A DNA stretch of 64,000 nucleotides from a virus (IMGVR_UViG_3300043411_002794:64001-128000); one strand, 5' to 3'. Positions 49,932 to 60,633 are shown, numbered from the stretch's first letter. The notes: generated from the sequence alone by a model not told the origin. Made by a program: numbers and translations.

Positions 49932-51514
49932 TAGTTGTTCTCCAGGCTGAAGTAACTGAACTTCGCCTTAGCGCGATCGGTACCGACGCCGCACATGCCG
50001 ACCGGTGAACCGAAGCGACTAGTGGCTATGCTGAAACTTACGGAAAGATCGGCACCGTCGTCCAGGCCGTCGAGCTGCACGGCGATGGCCGTCTGCAGTC
50101 CGAAGACCGACGTCGTAACGCGCAGTCGGTACCAGTAGCCCGGGGCGAGCGGTAACGCGGTAGGACTAGCGTATTCCTGCACTAACATGCCGCCGTTGAA
50201 TCGTAGAACACGAATCTTGTTGATGTTCATGTCGACCACGACGAAGAAGTATTCGACGTGCGGGTTTGTCAGCGGGTCAACCGTGCGATAGTTCAGAACG
50301 ATGCCGCCGTTACGGAGCGGAAGCTCCGTTGTAATCATGAGTGCCGTCTCACAAACAATGCTCTGCGGCGTAACTAGGTTGCACGCCTCCAAGATCGACA
50401 AATTTCGCTGGGCGCCGCCGTACGCTATGTAGGAGATGTCATACGCGACGGCACTGGCACTGGCGCTGCTCTCTATCGGGGCGTCGCCGGTCTCGTACGC
50501 GAACAACCCGCTGCGAACGACAAAGCTGTCCGCCGTTTCGTCGTCGAACGTGGTTACGTACGGCAGTGTTGCACACGCCAGTGATTCACTGGAAATCATG
50601 ATCGATGAGTCGCTATCGGTGGCGTCGATTGCCGCCGAGTCGACGCTGTCGTAGCTGTCTGCACAACGATCTTGCGGCTCTCGTCGCGTCGCGGTAGTGC
50701 GGCAAGCATCGTCTAGATCGATATCGTGCGACAGTACGACGCCGCCGCAGGCTTCCAACAAGCCATTCACCAACGTACCGAAGCTGATGTTGATATTGCC
50801 GTCGCAGTCCGGTTTCACGTTGTTGATCGTTTCAATGGCCCCTCGCGGGCAGTTCCGGCTTTCCGGTCGCGGATCGCACGGGCCGATGTACTTCTCCAAG
50901 ACATTTGGCGCATCGGGATCCTGACGAAGACGGAGCACCAGTGCGTCACGAAACTTGTCACCAATGTAAATTTGTTCTTTCACAGCTTCGACGTCGCCCG
51001 TACCGACGATGCGAACAAAGCCGGTCAGTGCCGTGTTTCGCCCCGCCTTGCCTAGCGACGGGATGGGCGGCAACTTGTACGCGCGGGCGCACTTGGGCGC
51101 CAGCAAGCTTTGCGTCGGCGAACTGAACCGTAACGCAGTCGCTGTAATGGTGCCGCCGCGGACCGTCACACCGGCACCAAAGACTACCCAGCCGCCGACA
51201 CCGTTCGCCAGCGGACGAAGTTGATACGGGATGCCGGCCTCGGGATTTGTGATTGTTAATGATGCCAGCGGCGTGAAACCGCTTACCGTGTCGACAGCGT
51301 CCGCACCGAGTATTACAAGCGTCACCAGATTTGCGGTTACAGTGACCCCGCCTAGAAACGCAAATTGCCCGAGCGAATCAGGAAAGCGCAATTTACAGTC
51401 TACGAGTACGTCGAACGGTAGTTGCGTACCGTCGTCACCGACGCCGTCGACCGAGTCGGCCAACGGGAACCCGCGTTGTTCTTGCGTGTTGTAGTAATTG
51501 GTAAAAAACATCAA
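49931..51514 (-). CDS. tail/baseplate-associated paralog 3 with C-terminal lectin-like beta-sandwich
   Basis: YNTQEQRGFPL; ETINNVKPDCDGNINI; C-terminal beta-rich domain (GYWYRLRV...GMCGVG). Confidence 0.65.
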   Translation of the reverse strand: MMFFTNYYNTQEQRGFPLADSVDGVGDDGTQLPFDVLVDCKLRFPDSLGQFAFLGGVTVTANLVTLVILGADAVDTVSGFTPLASLTITNPEAGIPYQLRPLANGVGGWVVFGAGVTVRGGTITATALRFSSPTQSLLAPKCARAYKLPPIPSLGKAGRNTALTGFVRIVGTGDVEAVKEQIYIGDKFRDALVLRLRQDPDAPNVLEKYIGPCDPRPESRNCPRGAIETINNVKPDCDGNINISFGTLVNGLLEACGGVVLSHDIDLDDACRTTATRREPQDRCADSYDSVDSAAIDATDSDSSIMISSESLACATLPYVTTFDDETADSFVVRSGLFAYETGDAPIESSASASAVAYDISYIAYGGAQRNLSILEACNLVTPQSIVCETALMITTELPLRNGGIVLNYRTVDPLTNPHVEYFFVVVDMNINKIRVLRFNGGMLVQEYASPTALPLAPGYWYRLRVTTSVFGLQTAIAVQLDGLDDGADLSVSFSIATSRFGSPVGMCGVGTDRAKAKFSYFSLENN

Positions 51515-52977
51515 GCACTGTTTAAGGTTGCGGACTTTACCAACGGCCCGGCTGGTTCATGATTATCCAGGGCGGCCGTCAACGATACGGTCAAAGCGTA
51601 CGGCGAGGCATCTTCCGATCGTCCGTTGTTCGGGAATTGTAGCCGGAAACGTACACGAACCGTGTCGCCGGGACGAATCAGATCCCAGTACGCGTAGAAG
51701 TTCTCCCAGGTCCCGTCCATGGTGTACTGTTCGTTCTTCGCGCGCGGAATCGAGGTATCTCGAAGAGTCGTATATTTGACGATCTTCGGCGGTACCGTTG
51801 CCACCGGACCACTGTCGCACTCGAACCGCAATGCTAAGTTTTTGAGACACTTGTTGGTCTGGTTGATGTACTGCCCGGCGACGTCGATGTACGCGCCGGA
51901 CTGGGCGACCAGCGTGAGTCGCAGCGGCGTGCGCAGACATTTTGTTTTTTTGTTCCAGGTCGCGCGGTTCTCAACGTATAACGTGCGAGACTGATTTAAC
52001 GTATCGCCGATTTCCTGGTACAGCGTGTGCTCACTTGCCAGATCGCTTGCCAATTGGATGAAGTCATCGCACTCGCAGCAACGGCCGCAGTCATTACCGA
52101 GCAGAATGTGCGGCGCGAGCGGGTTGTTTTCATATTGCGGTCGGTATGTTCGCGGATCCTCGCCGACTTGTTCCATCGGTGTGCGGGCGTACAAACAATC
52201 TGCGGCCGTCAACAAAAATTCGCCCGTTGCAGTCGGGCTGACGCTGTTAATGCGACGAATGTATTCGGTCGGTGTGCCGCAGTCGTCGTAGCGTCCGAGC
52301 CCTTCGCCCGGCACAGCGTTGAATACCAGTCGCGTCTCGTGCCGGGCACCGTCGCTGAAAGCGACCGGCGAAGCATCGATCCGCATGTTGTAGCCGGCCG
52401 AGAAGTCGAGCGATTGTCGGCTGAGTGTGTCGAGCACGGCCGTTAGTGATCGCACGCGCTTCGGCAGTTTGACGACGGCCCGATCATTGAGTCGTCCGTT
52501 CTCGGGCAGGATGTGGTCGTTGTAATTGCGGGGAAGCGGTTGTGTTGTTTCCGGGTTCCACTGAGTATGCATGACAAGACGGCACACGGACGTCTCGGTG
52601 AACCATTCGTAGATTCGCCAAGCCGGACCCCAGTCGGCGGCGCGAAACGAATCCGCGGTTGTCGAATCAAAGACAACTGCGCCATTAGCGTCCTTTACGA
52701 CCAAGTCGGCGTCATGCGTTGGTGTCGGTGCCCAGTCCGGGGCCGTGACCTCGATGCACCCCAGCCCGTATATCCAGGCGATGCTGTAGGGACCAGCAAA
52801 CTTGATTAGCGACGAGTCGTAGTCAGCCTCGTCTTCAAAAGCGAGGAAGAAATCGGCCAATAGGAAGCGGATGTCTTCCGACGGTAATACGAACGGATAG
52901 TTGAGTCCGCTCTGTCTTTGCGACAGCCCGAGACCGCCGCGGCCGTACGGATCGTATTGAAAGTCAGGGCAGACCAT
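51511..52977 (-). CDS. tail/baseplate-associated paralog 4
   Basis: QRQSGLNYPF; RRINSVSPTATGEF; CGRCCECDDF followed by a coiled coil. Confidence 0.65.
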   Translation of the reverse strand: MVCPDFQYDPYGRGGLGLSQRQSGLNYPFVLPSEDIRFLLADFFLAFEDEADYDSSLIKFAGPYSIAWIYGLGCIEVTAPDWAPTPTHDADLVVKDANGAVVFDSTTADSFRAADWGPAWRIYEWFTETSVCRLVMHTQWNPETTQPLPRNYNDHILPENGRLNDRAVVKLPKRVRSLTAVLDTLSRQSLDFSAGYNMRIDASPVAFSDGARHETRLVFNAVPGEGLGRYDDCGTPTEYIRRINSVSPTATGEFLLTAADCLYARTPMEQVGEDPRTYRPQYENNPLAPHILLGNDCGRCCECDDFIQLASDLASEHTLYQEIGDTLNQSRTLYVENRATWNKKTKCLRTPLRLTLVAQSGAYIDVAGQYINQTNKCLKNLALRFECDSGPVATVPPKIVKYTTLRDTSIPRAKNEQYTMDGTWENFYAYWDLIRPGDTVRVRFRLQFPNNGRSEDASPYALTVSLTAALDNHEPAGPLVKSATLNSA

Positions 52978-52980
52978 GGA

Positions 52981-53943
52981 CTAGGCTTCACTTTCTTCCG
53001 GGCAGACCTCTTCCTCGGGGCAGCCGCTGTCTCCCACCTTGCTGGCCAGTACGACCAGCGTCATTGTGGAAACCTCACTGTGCGTGCGGTCTGCCAAGGA
53101 TTGCAGTGCGGCCCGGCCGTCGGCGAAATCGTTGAGCTGGCTACGTAACGCCTCCAACTCGGCGCAGCCGCAGCACGGCGTCGAGCATTCGTTGAGCAGC
53201 TCCAGTCCAAACGAGGCGGGCGTCAGCGTAATGCACTGGTTTCCGTCGATGCGGAAGTTGCCGTCCGGATCTCCGGGAATGCCGTTGATCGTGCGGATGC
53301 ACGGGGCATCTTGCAACTGATCGCAGACGCAGGCCTGATTGAGCCCCTCGCCGCTGATGGCGTTGAACACGATTGTCGGGCTGTCGCCGCTCGTGGCGGT
53401 GATGCGGAAATTGGTCCCGGCAACTAACGTGATGTCGCCATAGTAGCGTTCGCTGCGGTCGTTACCGTTGACTACGGTGATGGAGGTAATGCTCCGAATC
53501 CCCGGCATGATCGCGTGCGGATCAACTGCTCCGGCCGCGGCGGTAAAGAAATACTCACCTGCAGGCAACTCGTCGATCTCGGTCAGATCGCCGATGAGCA
53601 CGTGTCCGACGCAGTCATCGAAGTTGTTTTTCCCGACCAAGGCATACGAGTCGTATTCAGCGTGCGTGCTGCGCGCGAAGTTGGTCGTGGCAACTAACGT
53701 CGGCGTACCGTCGTCATAGGCAAACGCCAAACTGAAGCCGACCGGCGAGATCAGTACGCTGTAAAGAAAGATCTTTGACGGGTCCACGCTGAGCCCGGCA
53801 TGGACGGTCAACTCCATGCCGACCAAGAACGAGTTCGGGAGCGTGATCGTTCCCGTCGTATCCGTGCGGGCGGCGTGCGGCGCCAGCGGAAAGGCCCGCT
53901 GGCTGTTATGGTTCAGCAGCTCCAGATTCCAGAGCAACGTCAT
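52981..53943 (-). CDS. tail/baseplate-associated paralog 5
   Basis: NHNSQRAFPL; RTINGIPGDPDGNFRI; CSTPCCGCAEL followed by a coiled coil. Confidence 0.65.
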   Translation of the reverse strand: MTLLWNLELLNHNSQRAFPLAPHAARTDTTGTITLPNSFLVGMELTVHAGLSVDPSKIFLYSVLISPVGFSLAFAYDDGTPTLVATTNFARSTHAEYDSYALVGKNNFDDCVGHVLIGDLTEIDELPAGEYFFTAAAGAVDPHAIMPGIRSITSITVVNGNDRSERYYGDITLVAGTNFRITATSGDSPTIVFNAISGEGLNQACVCDQLQDAPCIRTINGIPGDPDGNFRIDGNQCITLTPASFGLELLNECSTPCCGCAELEALRSQLNDFADGRAALQSLADRTHSEVSTMTLVVLASKVGDSGCPEEEVCPEESEA

Positions 53944-53945
53944 CG

Positions 53946-55796
53946 TTAGGCTCCAGAGTACAGAATTGCGTCCATTCGCAAGATGCCGACCTCGCCCAGG
54001 TAACCGCCGGTCGCGGTCCGCGTGAGTTGTGCCAACACCTTGTCGCCGGCAGCCACCGTGAACCCGGCACTATCGATCTCGATTACGTCTCCGGCCGTCA
54101 CAGCGACGGCCGTCGTAACGGCTAACGTCGTAAACGACGCCGGAACACTGGAAGGCGTCGCCGTACCGTCCGGCCGCAAGACTCGCTTGTAACCCAGCGT
54201 CAACGACGGCAGTGTGCCGGTGACGAGGGCAATGAGTTGCAGCCGCACTTTGACTTCCGGCGTCGTCGGAAGTCCGGCGTACGGCGTGTTGTAACTGCCT
54301 GCTACACCTGAAGACCGGCCGTCGGGAAAGCCGATGTACGGCATGTCCCGATAGGTTCGCTCCACGGCGTCACCAAGGCGAACCAGCGACGGCGCCAGTA
54401 CGCGATCGCCGGGCGACGGATCGAGATCGATCGTGACGATGCCCTGGTAAATCAATGGGCTGTCTGTGTCTTCCGGATCTTGATTGTGGCTGCGCGTGGC
54501 GGTGATCACCACCTGGTCACTACCTGCCTTGATGCCTGCAACAACAGGGCCGCGAAGGAAGTGCAGTCCGGTTGTGACCTCCTTGACGACGAGGTCCGCA
54601 TCTTCGTCGGCCGTGTCTTCAACAACCTCGGTCAGGTTAATACCGATCTTGAGGTCGCCGGTTGTTGCTGCGTCGCCGTCGCAGTTCGTGAGCTGCAGCG
54701 GGCTGCCGTCGGCCGGGGCCAGACTCGTCACAACCGACTTGCTGGCGCCCAGCAAGTTGCGGAGGAAGACGAGCTCGATACGCATTTGTTCAACGCGAGG
54801 ACATTCCGCCGAAGATGAAATGCTATTGTCGGCCGACACGCTGATCGAGGTGTCGAGATCCGTCGGCCACGGCACGTCACCGTAGCAATCGCTCATCCAC
54901 CAAATACCGTAGTAATCGACATAGACCAGCCCGTCGCGGCCGAGCGGGACTTCCGTGGCACCGACCAGTTCGCGACCCTTGTCCCAGAGTACTGAGACGG
55001 CGCTGAGCGGGACCGGCGGCCAGGCATTGGAGAGGGCGGTATCGGCAGTTAGGTTGTAACCAAACTGAGCGCCGACCGGGGCGTGCCCGCCGAAGCTCTC
55101 GTGATTGGCGGGCAACCATCCCGGTACGGATTCATCCGGATCGGTGATCACGTGCGAGTCGCCTTCGACGGGCGGCGACGTCGTTCCGGACGGGCGGCAG
55201 GTCAGCGAGAAGCGATAATGCGTGTGATCGAACTGGAACTCGCGGAGCTGCGGCAGCACAAAGACGTACGGCAGGTCGCTGCAGTCGTTAAGCGGCCCGA
55301 GCACCTCGCACACGACGCAGGTGACGGGCGGGCGCTGCGTCGTGAGTTTGCCTGGTGTCTGGGCCGACAAGTAATAGACGCCCGGTACAACGTCGCCATC
55401 GAGGGCGTTGGTCAGCGTTTCCAGCGGCACGATGCCGAACAGAACGACGTGACCGGCATTGACGGATGTCTTTTCCAGCAGGATCCCGCGGCAGCGGCTG
55501 GATGCCGTCGCCACGTAGTTTCCCTGTGTGTCGGCGGCCGCGTCGGCGAACGCGAGATCCCAGTGCTGGTTCTCATCATCCCAGTAGACCGGTTGCCCGA
55601 CCAGCACGTCGCTATGCAGGGGCTGATCCCACGCGATCATCGCGGAACTTTGCGCCAGGCCGTCGAGCCGGTTTTTGAGATACTGGGTTCGCGTTTCAAG
55701 TTGCTGCACGGGACGGTTCGCAGTTCCTGCGCTGACCGGTTCTCCGTTGCGGATCGGCTTGATTTGCTTGTTCCAGCTGCCTACTGTGTTTGCCAT
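53946..55796 (-). CDS. hypothetical baseplate/tail protein
   Basis: start trimmed to MANTVGSW; NRPVQQLETRTQYLKNRL resembles the tail-fibre N-terminal NxxxxxLxxRTxYLK motif. Confidence 0.65.
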   Translation of the reverse strand: MANTVGSWNKQIKPIRNGEPVSAGTANRPVQQLETRTQYLKNRLDGLAQSSAMIAWDQPLHSDVLVGQPVYWDDENQHWDLAFADAAADTQGNYVATASSRCRGILLEKTSVNAGHVVLFGIVPLETLTNALDGDVVPGVYYLSAQTPGKLTTQRPPVTCVVCEVLGPLNDCSDLPYVFVLPQLREFQFDHTHYRFSLTCRPSGTTSPPVEGDSHVITDPDESVPGWLPANHESFGGHAPVGAQFGYNLTADTALSNAWPPVPLSAVSVLWDKGRELVGATEVPLGRDGLVYVDYYGIWWMSDCYGDVPWPTDLDTSISVSADNSISSSAECPRVEQMRIELVFLRNLLGASKSVVTSLAPADGSPLQLTNCDGDAATTGDLKIGINLTEVVEDTADEDADLVVKEVTTGLHFLRGPVVAGIKAGSDQVVITATRSHNQDPEDTDSPLIYQGIVTIDLDPSPGDRVLAPSLVRLGDAVERTYRDMPYIGFPDGRSSGVAGSYNTPYAGLPTTPEVKVRLQLIALVTGTLPSLTLGYKRVLRPDGTATPSSVPASFTTLAVTTAVAVTAGDVIEIDSAGFTVAAGDKVLAQLTRTATGGYLGEVGILRMDAILYSGA

Positions 55797-55813
55797 CCTT
55801 GGCACTCCTAAGA

Positions 55814-56437
55814 CTAGCCGAAGATCAACGACCAGGTCACACCGATCTGTTGCGACGCACCCTTCACGACGTGGTCTTCTGCCGGAAAATAAGTCCGGGC
55901 TACGACGATGTCTTTCGTCCGGTCGGCCCAGGTCGGGACGGCGACCAAGCAACCGCCGACGACCTTGCTGTTGGCAGCGGCGCTGAAGGCCTTGCCGTGC
56001 ACGCCGGTTACGCCGGACGTCATCGCCATAAACGTCAGCTGGTTGCCGGTTTCACCTTCCGTGAAGTACGCCTCGTAACCCTCGGCAATACTGAGTAACG
56101 GGGTCTGCAGCAAGGCGACCCGCAGATAATCGCGGACGCCGCTACCGGCGAGATCCGCGTAGTATTCCAGATCCTGGTCGCGATCGAACGACTCAGGCAC
56201 GTCGACGACGTCCTCCGGGTCAGCGACGTTCTCATACTCGAGATACATCCCGGCGATCGAATAGTCGAGACGGGACGGGCGGCGGAAGCCGAGCTGCATC
56301 GCCGCAGCGAACCCCCAGCCAAACTGGATTTGGTTCGATTTCTCGTTACGCGGCGTGATCAGCCCGGTGCGTTCGTCACGGACCCACGGTTGCACGCGGC
56401 CGACGAGCTTGGGAACGAACGAGGTATGTTGGAGCAT
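55814..56437 (-). CDS. hypothetical baseplate-associated protein
   Basis: 207 aa in the baseplate gene run. Confidence 0.6.
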   Translation of the reverse strand: MLQHTSFVPKLVGRVQPWVRDERTGLITPRNEKSNQIQFGWGFAAAMQLGFRRPSRLDYSIAGMYLEYENVADPEDVVDVPESFDRDQDLEYYADLAGSGVRDYLRVALLQTPLLSIAEGYEAYFTEGETGNQLTFMAMTSGVTGVHGKAFSAAANSKVVGGCLVAVPTWADRTKDIVVARTYFPAEDHVVKGASQQIGVTWSLIFG

Positions 56438-56461
56438 CCTTGCCTCTGCAGATATACGGGG

Positions 56462-58030
56462 TCACTGGCACGTGCCGGAAACCAGGCGAACCCTGGGCTG
56501 CCGTTCGGAGACCAGAGAGGAATCAACAAGATCAGTAAGCGGGTTCATCGCCGTAAAGCCTGCCGTGGTCTCAGTTACCGACGTGGCTGCAACCGTGTCC
56601 GTGTCGGCGGTCAGGTCGACTACGAGCAACAGGGCGGTGTGCGGCGGTATCAGCTTACGCAGGTGGCGGGCATTGTATAGGCCCACACGATCGCGGCCCA
56701 TACCAGATGATTTGACGCGAACCAGCACGGCATGGTTGCGAAGGACGTTGGTAATTAGAAACCCAAGCGGGTTGATCGTCGTCGGCAAATGGGTCGCTTT
56801 TGGCTCTCCACTCGGCTGGGTCCGTGTGTCCAGCAGCATCGCTAACGTGCCGTGCCGCTTGTCACCTTCCGGCGGACAGGCAGGGTCGCGAATGTCGGCT
56901 ACGCCGCGAGCATGCAACTCGTCGAAGAACTTGATCACGTCCAACGGCTGACCACCGATTGGAAAACTGACGTAAGTGTGGCCGCTTGAATGTTCTTCAT
57001 CGACGGTCAGCGTCACGTCCTTGTTCTCAAAGATCAGGTCGCCGTAAAAGCACGTTGCCAGGAAGCCGCGGTCGAGTGCAAGCGCCAATAGATCGCTAGG
57101 CACCTGGCCGCGATTGAATTCATAGATCTGCAGCGCGTCTGTCAGCGGGTCGCCTGCTCGTACCGTATCGCCGACGGCGACCAACGGCAGGACACCGCGG
57201 GCAAACTTGTAGACGTTCTTGTCGGTGGCGATGAGTCCGCTGTTGCAGCCGTACTCCACGACTTCTACAACTTCAGTGGCTTCCACGACCAACGGAATGC
57301 CGGTCATTGCCTGCAGGGCAAGCCGTAACGTACGTCCGGTCATGCCGCCCACTAGGGCGTCAAAGAGTGCATTTAGCAGATCGCGATACCCGCGACTGCT
57401 TTGCATCTGGATGCCGAGCACGTAGCCGAAATGATCGTACGCGTACTGCCAGTCGAATTGGCCGCGGAACACCCATAGCCCGGCTTCCGTGTCCGTCTGC
57501 TCTTGCTCCGAGAATATGGGTCGCGTGGCCACCAGCGGATCGGTGAGCGGATTCTCGCGGAAGATGATCAGCTCGCGATCTCGGTCAATAAGATAGTCGA
57601 CGTTCTCGACCCAGGTACGGGACGGCGACGTAATGCGATTCATGATCAACGGCGCCGACACCAAGGCGGACGGCAACGGGAACGCGTACTGATTCACTGA
57701 ATTTGGTGCATCGTATTGAATAGCGCTGTTGTAGGTTAGCCCGCTGTCGCCGTAACGCGGCAGCTCTGCGTTGGCTGGATTGAGATCCGATTCCTTCAGC
57801 TGCAGAAAGTACCAGTTCTCGGTATGGAAGAGCGGCACCTTGCTGCGGGCAACGCAGGCGGCCGCCTCCAGCAACATTAGGTGATTCTGTGCCTCCTGCA
57901 AGACGTTGACCTCGGCGTAAGACTCCATCTGCGACTGTTCGCCGTAGATGCGCGCCCAGAAGCTCCCCAAGGCCGCCAAAAACTGGTGCGGCCGGTCGAA
58001 GTTCGACGACGGGTAGGTGAAGGTCGGCAT
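56462..58030 (-). CDS. baseplate wedge-like protein
   Basis: directly downstream of the baseplate J-like gene; YRDLLNALFDALVGG...LALQAMTGIP helical wedge pattern. Confidence 0.55.
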   Translation of the reverse strand: MPTFTYPSSNFDRPHQFLAALGSFWARIYGEQSQMESYAEVNVLQEAQNHLMLLEAAACVARSKVPLFHTENWYFLQLKESDLNPANAELPRYGDSGLTYNSAIQYDAPNSVNQYAFPLPSALVSAPLIMNRITSPSRTWVENVDYLIDRDRELIIFRENPLTDPLVATRPIFSEQEQTDTEAGLWVFRGQFDWQYAYDHFGYVLGIQMQSSRGYRDLLNALFDALVGGMTGRTLRLALQAMTGIPLVVEATEVVEVVEYGCNSGLIATDKNVYKFARGVLPLVAVGDTVRAGDPLTDALQIYEFNRGQVPSDLLALALDRGFLATCFYGDLIFENKDVTLTVDEEHSSGHTYVSFPIGGQPLDVIKFFDELHARGVADIRDPACPPEGDKRHGTLAMLLDTRTQPSGEPKATHLPTTINPLGFLITNVLRNHAVLVRVKSSGMGRDRVGLYNARHLRKLIPPHTALLLVVDLTADTDTVAATSVTETTAGFTAMNPLTDLVDSSLVSERQPRVRLVSGTCQ

Positions 58031-59661
58031 TAGTCGGAGACGACGCTGATCGCGACGTTTGCGGGGTCAAGGAAGAAGACGGCTGTATCGCGACTGAGCA
58101 TTAGTGCCGGATCGGTAGGAATGCTCAGGCACGTTGTGTCATGCACAAATAGCATCTCACCATCCGGACGGCGGATCCGGCCGAACATGTCGATCTTACC
58201 GACGGCCTGCCCGTCGCTGAGATAGTTATGCGCAATATCCGCCAATGCTGACGCGTAGAGGCGGCTGCCGAAGTTGAGGTTGTTCACCAGCGAGGCAATG
58301 TCCTCGGCCATACCTGTCGTATCCGGTGTAGCTTGGCCGGATTGTTTGCGGATCTCGAAGGAGATCGACACCCAGCACGGCACCGCAGCCCGCACGACTG
58401 TATCGCAGGCCCGGGCACGGTGGTCTTCAGAGTTGCAGAAGTCCTGCAGCTCGGTGATGAGCGGCATGGTCGACAACTCGACGATGTACTCGGCGGTATC
58501 TCCGACGACCGCCGTCAGGGTGTCCGTATCCGTGTCACGGAAGCGGATCACGGCCGTCTGGTACTTGGTATACGCTGCTTCCAGATCATTGATGATGTCC
58601 GGCACGAATACCGTGTCCGTCAGATCGCGGCCACGAATATCTGCAACGATCTCGTAACCGGTCTCGTCGATGCTGGCGTCGGTACGCACGATGCGAGAGG
58701 CCTCATAGAAGCCCGGCGCTGCGTCTGCCGTCAGTGTGACTTGCCAGATTCCGCCGTCCGCGACAATATCGACGAGCGAGGCCGTGAGCCGCAGTGTGAC
58801 GGTCTTCGGTTGGGCCTGCGTCCGGCAAAAGACATCCACGCGACCACCGAGTGAGCCCGGCCAGATCGTATGCTGATCACGAATCTGTTCGGCATCGCCG
58901 AAGCCGCGGATGGAGTAATGCCGGGTGTTGGCAAACTCTGCCTGGGACTTGAACAAGGCAATCCAATTGATGCTGCCGCCGTTGGTCTTGGCAGCCTGGC
59001 CCTCTTGCAGCCGATCGATCATCTCCTGGTTTGTCTCGGCAGCGAGGCCTCCGGAGAAGTCAGCAGCGGCGCGGGCCGCCACAAAGTTCTCGGGGCGGGC
59101 GGCGGGCGTCATGCGCGTACCGCGTTTGATGTTGCTGAGCTCGCCGGCCGCTACGGCCGTAGCCGGTACGGAAAACTCATACGTCCCGTCGCCGCGAGAC
59201 GCGAGCACACGTTCGTTGTCGGTGACCGCCGTGCCGGTGCTGTTACGCACGACGATCGCCGTATCGACGGTGAACTCCAGCGATCCGGCTGTGAAGCCTA
59301 ACCCGGCTGAGATGACCAACGGAGCGTCTTGACTGACCACGATCGCGATCTGCCCGCTCGCCTGCGAAGCGGCCTGTCTCGCTACGAGGTGATTGGAGAG
59401 CACGTCATCGACGACATCGGTATCTGCCAGCGTCGGATCGAGCTCGATGCGTCGGAGGCTCATCGACTGCCGTAGCCGGTCGTAGTTGACCTGATGCCCG
59501 GCGGCGAAGACGGAGCGAAAGTACAGCACGAGATCGCTGAACGGTCCTCGTTGCAACGCCTGCTCGGGGTGCTTCTCCTGCATCAGTTGCTTGGCCTCGG
59601 CGAACATCTGTTCCACGATGTCCGCGGGGATGTCGTCCAAGCTTGTGACGGTAAGGCTCAT
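58030..59661 (-). CDS. baseplate J-like protein
   Basis: VPATAVAAGELSNI, FSGGLAAETNQEMIDRL (GGxDxETDxELRxR-like). Confidence 0.8.
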   Translation of the reverse strand: MSLTVTSLDDIPADIVEQMFAEAKQLMQEKHPEQALQRGPFSDLVLYFRSVFAAGHQVNYDRLRQSMSLRRIELDPTLADTDVVDDVLSNHLVARQAASQASGQIAIVVSQDAPLVISAGLGFTAGSLEFTVDTAIVVRNSTGTAVTDNERVLASRGDGTYEFSVPATAVAAGELSNIKRGTRMTPAARPENFVAARAAADFSGGLAAETNQEMIDRLQEGQAAKTNGGSINWIALFKSQAEFANTRHYSIRGFGDAEQIRDQHTIWPGSLGGRVDVFCRTQAQPKTVTLRLTASLVDIVADGGIWQVTLTADAAPGFYEASRIVRTDASIDETGYEIVADIRGRDLTDTVFVPDIINDLEAAYTKYQTAVIRFRDTDTDTLTAVVGDTAEYIVELSTMPLITELQDFCNSEDHRARACDTVVRAAVPCWVSISFEIRKQSGQATPDTTGMAEDIASLVNNLNFGSRLYASALADIAHNYLSDGQAVGKIDMFGRIRRPDGEMLFVHDTTCLSIPTDPALMLSRDTAVFFLDPANVAISVVSD

Positions 59662-59669
59662 AGTAACTC

Positions 59670-60134
59670 CTAGACGGCCGTGCTAACGGGCAAGATAACC
59701 TCACGGGCGCTTCCGGCGAGGCTCAGGACGTTGACCCGCAAACTAACGATGTCCTGTGCAACGGTGATCTCGACCAGCTCGGCGCGGTCGAATCGCTCAT
59801 CATCCGGCATGTCGACGGTTTCTTCGTTGCGTAGGTTATTGGTGATCGTGAATGCGGAAAACCCAAAACTGGTGACTACGTCGGCCTGGCTCCGTAGGCG
59901 TCCGCGTCGCAGATCCGTTACGAAGCGGCAGCCGCGGTCCGTTTGAAACCGCATCGAGCCGAGCTCCGTGAGAAACTCCATGATCCATCGCTGGGCCAGC
60001 TTCTGAATACCGACGCAGATCTCGCCGTCCACGCGTTCATCGAACAACGATTGCGAGAGCTCGACCTCTCCAGTCGTGGTCGCCCCGCGTAGCGCCAGCA
60101 CGTCGTATTGGCGGCCTTGATACGGATTTGTCAT
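59670..60134 (-). CDS. baseplate wedge subunit (gp25-like)
   Basis: GIQKLAQRWIMEFLTELGS...GCRF; size and position upstream of baseplate J. Confidence 0.65.
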   Translation of the reverse strand: MTNPYQGRQYDVLALRGATTTGEVELSQSLFDERVDGEICVGIQKLAQRWIMEFLTELGSMRFQTDRGCRFVTDLRRGRLRSQADVVTSFGFSAFTITNNLRNEETVDMPDDERFDRAELVEITVAQDIVSLRVNVLSLAGSAREVILPVSTAV

Positions 60135-60625
60135 ACGAGTGACGCGGCCTCCTCGGCAGAGATGGTCGGGTCAGGGATGGCTTGGCCGAGTGCTCCTGCA
60201 GCGATAAGGTCGGCCGCCATGTTCTCGGCGGCGGCATAGATGCCTGCCTGATGTCCGTGCCCGTCGAGCCGCCCGTGGGCGACGATGATGCAACGTAGCG
60301 ACGTGGCATGCCGTAGCCGGAAGGCCCGCTCTTCGGCGGCGTTGAAGTCCACCTGCAGCTTGAGCGACGCGGCGTCGCCGACCGTGCCTGGATCGGATCC
60401 GGAGGCCAGCACTTCGTCGTAGTTGGCGTTGATCTCGCTGCGATCGAACGCCGGTTTGTGCAGCGAGGCAATATCCGTCAGCTGTGTCGTCAGTTCGGCG
60501 GGCACTTCCCACGGCCGCTGGGCGTCGCCCTTAACGGAGTCGGCCATTTGCTTGGCGCCTTCGCGCAACTGCAGCGTACGCTTGCGGAAAACGTCGTGGA
60601 CTTTGCCCTTTTTGCTTCCTTGCAC
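60131..60625 (-). CDS. hypothetical protein
   Basis: 164 aa; AGGAG SD before a GTG start. Confidence 0.6.
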   Translation of the reverse strand: MQGSKKGKVHDVFRKRTLQLREGAKQMADSVKGDAQRPWEVPAELTTQLTDIASLHKPAFDRSEINANYDEVLASGSDPGTVGDAASLKLQVDFNAAEERAFRLRHATSLRCIIVAHGRLDGHGHQAGIYAAAENMAADLIAAGALGQAIPDPTISAEEAASLV

Positions 60626-60633
60626 GGCTGCTC

